NCBI RefSeq assembly: GCF_000143415.4 | Contig: NW_003314306.1 | Span: forward strand, 1,058,815 to 1,122,814 | Direction of reading: 5' to 3' | DNA from: Selaginella moellendorffii | Lineage: Eukaryota > Plantae > Lycopodiophyta | Length of the DNA: 64,000 bases | Shown here: piece after piece, positions 59,111-64,000 of the stretch | Numbering within the stretch: position 1 is the stretch's first letter | How the letters are laid out: each line of letters starts with the position of its first letter | Made by a program: the position numbers and the translations under genes | Notes under the pieces: generated by a model | The model's database searches: none | The model's input: only the letters and a program-made list of their open reading frames with translations | Told to the model about the DNA's origin: nothing

Positions 59111-61013
59111 TCATTGTGCGTCCTCGTAGTCCACTTGAACAACAAACTGGCACATCTTCCCAAATACTGCATTTCTTTTCCCATAGACTCCATCTTTATT
59201 ATTCTTGTATTGCTGCCATCCAGTTCCTGGAAACGTCTCTTTTGGAACACACGACCACAACCTGTAGCTTGATCTCTTCAACGCAGCATCCACCATTTCT
59301 AAGCCACTCACTTTAAAGCTGTGTTTTCCATCCAGTCTCATCCATACTAGAATCAATGCTTGGAAAGACTTCAGAAGTTGGTTTCACGTACTTGCCCATC
59401 CCAGCAGAACTTGCCTCCAGCATGATATGAGGTCCAGTATGATGGGAAGTCTCAGGACCGGAGCTTCCATCATCGTAAACTGGCTTGATAACAAAAACAC
59501 CACCCTTCAACAGCAGCCTATGCACAAGAGGTTCATAGAGCCTCCCCCACAAAGCCCCCACCCAAGAGCAGCTGAATATTTCTTTCAGAATTCCACCACA
59601 CGCACAGCTCCAGCAAGCAGATACTGATTCCCAAGCTTTGTCATCAAAGCCTCGCTTGCGAACTGATATGTCTTTTCGCTGTGATCCTCAGTTGCCACGA
59701 TGTGCAAAATGCAGTCGCTGACTTTTTTCACATACCCTCCTGACAAAACCGTAGCCACTTTGGATGCACTTGATCCGAACAACACAACCGCAGCTCTGGC
59801 CCTGGCCTTCCCCTCATCCAGCTTTGTTGCACGCAGTACATACCTAGGAACACCACCCAAATAATCACAAGTTGTCAAGCCCTTCCTTTCTGTCCACCAC
59901 ATTCATGTTCTCGTAACTAGTTCGGTAAGGCTCAAAGTCGTCAAGGAATTTCCCAATCTCCTCCCTAGACCACACCCACATATAAAACATGCAACAAAGT
60001 CCCCCCTTGCGTATAATCATATAAAATAATCATCGTAGTTTTTCTTCTGCAAATTGACAGCTGCGAAGTCTGTCAATTTGCGTCTTCTGCTTCCCATCTA
60101 CTTCTAGCCACTTTGACGGATCGTCCAGCATTTCGCATATAATTTGGTCACTCACGTCATAACGACCTTCAGCAACGCCTTCGCAAATTAGCCAAAGAAC
60201 GTTTTCCCTATCAGGACGATGAAAGAAGTGAAGTTGTTGAGCGGATTTTTTATTCTAGACTCGCATACTCCTTTCGTTTCCATAGCAGGAAAGGTTGGCG
60301 ATAATCTCCAGCTGGTACACCTGAAGCAAGATACGAATGCACGGATCAGACAAGAACTGCTACAAGCAGGCAAATACCGCTCTGTGAGGAGAACTGAGCA
60401 AACTCTAGTGTGAGGCAGGAAAACTTCAAACGACTGCAAAACAGTCATCCCAGAGAGAAGAGCTCTAAGCCGAAAAAGACACAGACAGCATTAATAGAAC
60501 GCAAGGGGCCACATACCAAGCAGATGGCCATGAATTCAATTACAACCACAGGCCAGACACAAGCACCCAAGACCAAATCCAACAGCGACACCATCAGAAG
60601 CAAGACCTTGCTGGCGCACCAGGAATACCAAGAACTGGACAAAAAATGGGACTTCCGACATGGATGCATGCACAGATCAAAGAGAAAACAAGGGGGATAT
60701 GCAAGGAAACAAAGGGCTTTCGCAATTGCTCACCTATTCCATGGGGCACTGCAACATTCAAACAAAACAAAGTTAGTATCAGATCTGGAGGAAAAAAACG
60801 AAGCGAGAGAAGACATACCTGGCACTTTGCTCAAGCTTCTTAGCAGCAAAGACAGGCACCCTTAGTAGCTGGATCACTTCGTCGTATGTGAGATCTTTCA
60901 ACTCCCCCACAAACTCGTAGCCCTCTGATTCCAGACTTTGCATAACTTGATCAATCACGGCCGGTTTCCCGACTATTTGGGATTCAAGAAATGACCGCAC
61001 CGTGATCAGGCAT
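59111..61013 (-). pseudogene. Crinkler/CR-type gene copy 4, degraded, with a different SAM-like header exon
   Basis: NTPase/REase remnants at 59111-60320 with deletions. The intron is homologous to copies 2/3 up to ~60790, then an unrelated exon ~60819-61010 reads VRSFLESQIVGKPAVIDQVMQSLESEGYEFVGELKDLTYDEVIQLLRVPVFAAKKL. Confidence 0.8.
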
Positions 61014-61019
61014 GTCGGT

Positions 61020-64000
61020 GTTTAATCAGCTAAGCCCTAGTAACATGATTTTTTTTGTATGTTAAGTTGATGGTAAGTTGTACAGTAAATTGCTTGTGGG
61101 ATTGTAGATCAAGATGAATCCCTGAGACTGTCATTGTGGGGAAAGCTATTAGAGCAAGCTTGCATAGCCAGTATTCTTCCAGTTAACTCAGGTAAATCTG
61201 AAGGCTCTGTACTTTTATCATCAGGATAAGTCTTGGCCTGTTGGTATTCAGCTCTACAATGCGAAGAAGTGGGTGCCGTGGCTATGGTCTCGGGCAGGAA
61301 AACCATCTCCACATCTTGTGGAGACGTTCGAGGTTGCCGCGATCAAGAAGTGCCGTGATCGAGCAAGGTAGAGAATGAAGAGGAGGGTGTGATCAAGCCT
61401 CTGGTTTCTGTCTTGAGATCTTCATGTATTTGTCTTTCTTGAGGTCGATCCCAGGTTGATCCCAGGTCGATCTTGTAGAATCTCTTCCCATTGTCGATCT
61501 TGTAGAAGAGCTTCTCTGTATGTGTGTTGATCTTGGCTTCAGAAGAGTGAGATTTCCGCGGGGTCAGTCGATTGAAGACGTTCATCTAAGAGTTGCGGAA
61601 GACACTTGCCAAAGACACATTAGCTTTTGACAAAGAGCTTTGCAAACGACTCGATTGAAGATGTTCACTGAAGACTTGCCCAGGTGGACCGGGTATATCG
61701 ATGTTCCTGTGTAGAGCATCGGCTTGGTGTGAGGTAGTTTCCTTGATCGCTGCTTTTTCTTGCTGCCGTGAGTTGCATATGAAGTTTGCTGGATTCCAAC
61801 CTTTGACAACGTGCTCGAAGGCTAGTTTGGTGGGAGATAGTTTAGTTTGGCTAGTTTACCATATCAATAAAACAAACCATAAAGCTTAAGCAACTCACAT
61901 GAAAACACACCCAATCGGCGAGAAAATGTTGCATGATTTGAATGTGAACTATGGAACTGTGAATGCAAGCTCCAGACTGGTCACACCTGATAAGAGAACG
62001 TGATGAAACTACAAACGAATAATATGAAAGTAAGCTCTAGACTGATACTGGGTGGAGGTATTGGGTTTGTTTACTTGCTCTCAATGGAAGGGGTGGTGGA
62101 TCGGATTGCCAAAGATGAGACTACATTCGGAAACCTTTCGTACTGCTTTTGCTCGATCAAAGGCTCTGTCATACTCCAGGACAGGGAACTTGCTAATGGG
62201 ATGGGCGGCTGCGTTTTTAATGTATAAAGTTGCAGTCTTCATGGCTGCCACCAAGAAAGATTAAACTCAAAAGCTTTTTGAAGGTCAAGACTTAAAGAAG
62301 AAGTTACTCAATGGAGCAATAGTGGACAAAGAAGAAACTTTCACATACAAAGAGCTTGCAAACAAAAGAGTGTGATACTCCACACGAAGATCACCAAGAT
62401 CGAGTGTTTCTTGCACTGAGGATCCAGGAATTTAGTAGGATTCAACTAGCAATTCAAAGGACAGCCTTTTTCCTTCATTCCCAGGCCCTGCCTCCAACGA
62501 GCGCTGTCCCCCCGGACCACCAGTGGCAGACATCACACACAAACCCCAAATTAAAAGCCTACCCAAAGCCACATCATGACGTTCAAATTATCTTGCCGCC
62601 TACGTGGTGTGGGTTAAAAAAGGGTGTTGTTACTTGTCCAAGGCTCGCTCTCACTTCTCTCTCTCTCTCTCTCTCTCTTCCCTAGGGTTCTTCCAGATTG
62701 TCATGAGGTGCTTGTGCTAGAGGAGGATCTGATCGCTAGAGTGTGCTGTGCTTTTGCCAATTCCTCCCTGCCAACCAAGTGCAAGCTCGAGCAAGCTATC
62801 TCAATCCTAATTGCAAGGAAACTATGGAATGTGACAAATGTTATAAGTGTTCCAAAGCATCCAGCATCAGCAGTGTACAAGAATATTTGGGGTTAAGGTG
62901 TGGTAAGCATCAATCACTTTAAAGTATTTTACACACAAATTTCAAGCTTTCAGGTGATACCTTTTGAACCTTCTTAATTACCTTACACAGGTAGAAAGGG
63001 TTTTACTTTCATTAGGAAATGAGAGTGGCACTTTGGAACATGGCCCAGGATCAATGCTGTCCACACCACAACATCATGATTTGATCAAACACTGCACAAG
63101 CATCGATCACTTGAAAGTATCACTTGAAAGCTTGAAATTTGTGTGTAAAAACCTACTGAATATCTTTTGAACCTTCTTAATTACCTTAGCTTGTAGAAAG
63201 GAGGCGCAAAGAGGTTGTGATTGCCAGCAGGATTTCTGGACTGGAAATCCATTTTGCATTGTTAAACAGAACATGGTCATATGGAGAGTCCTACCTTTGT
63301 GTTTCAAGGATCATTGCAGTTAGAGTTTGCCATCTTTGATGCATATATAAATTCTGAGAGTAGTTTTGTGTCAACGAGTGTGTCCCTACCATTTCATGAA
63401 CCATCCACTAACTTGGAAGGGACCCTCCTATCAAGGTAGGGTTCCATGCACCACCCACCCCCCCTCCAAATCCCCCCATTTTTTTAATGGTTACATGTAA
63501 CCCCTTTTTTGATATCCCGGGCTATACATCATAATGGATTAGGGTGCCATTTTTGTTTGCCCTGAGCACAACCATGCCACAACTTAGCAATTCTTCATCT
63601 CCCATGCTGTAAGGATTGTGATAAGGTATTTAAGTTTGGTAGAGTTATTCTTTCTAGAGGAGGAGAACATGATTTTAATTTCAGTTTCAAGAAAACTCTT
63701 ACTTATTCAAATGGTGGAGGAAGTTATTGCTATAGTGTTTTCCATGCCATATCCCATTACAACTTCATTTATCGAGAGAGTGATCACTAAAAAAGAGCAT
63801 CTAGGGTTATCAATTGGTGCATATTACATCAAGACAATCTCCACTAGTGGTATCAAATAGAGCTTAAGGTTCTTCATATAGATCCACAAAGATTCAAAGA
63901 AGTGTTTTGGTTTTTAGTAATTATATTTACTTTTAAGAGGCCTCCTCCAAGTTTGGTAGAAATACTAGGGTAACATTTACCTGTTTCAAAGAAAATACCT
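61020..64000. mobile_element. Unclassified TE-derived, CpG-depleted mosaic
   Basis: Short internal repeats (GTCGATCTTGTAGAA x2, TTTTGAACCTTCTTAATTACCTT x2), a CT microsatellite and broken ORFs; no diagnostic domain recognised. Confidence 0.35.

Noticed and set aside
44400-61013. Bacterial contamination or a prophage/defence island as the source of the NTPase-nuclease genes
   Set aside because: The genes have spliceosomal GT-AG introns and are interleaved with plant Helitrons and plant gene fragments.

Overview
Compact, intron-rich land-plant nuclear DNA. The 45-80 nt introns, dense genes and SS-type PPR proteins suggest a lycophyte such as Selaginella; this is an inference. The left ~38 kb is gene-dense. 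It holds two tRNA-Ile(AAT) genes with decayed tRNA halves, an orphan micro-exon membrane-protein gene, a WWE + PARP-like gene, a laccase and an alternative oxidase with a substituted iron ligand. A SET-domain gene is split by ~8.8 kb of scrambled pseudogene cargo (PPR, LRR-malectin kinase, TDP1). After it come an alpha/beta hydrolase, a CIR_N/zinc-knuckle gene, YLMG/YggT, an APR-like thioredoxin, a PLS-PPR, a double-Tudor/AT-hook gene and a BSL Kelch phosphatase. The right ~25 kb is accessory DNA: a Ty3/gypsy relic, a VPS41 fragment and a tandem array (44.4-61.0 kb) of a ~3.8 kb module. Each module has a Crinkler/CR-type 'header + P-loop NTPase + restriction-endonuclease-fold' gene, head-to-head with an unknown partner gene in three of four units. 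Two CR copies have open reading frames. The array shows a header swap, two inversions and two gene-capturing Helitrons (WEE1 and LCAT fragments) inserted ~20 bp apart in homologous spacers. Family assignments come from motif recognition and memory; no searches were run.
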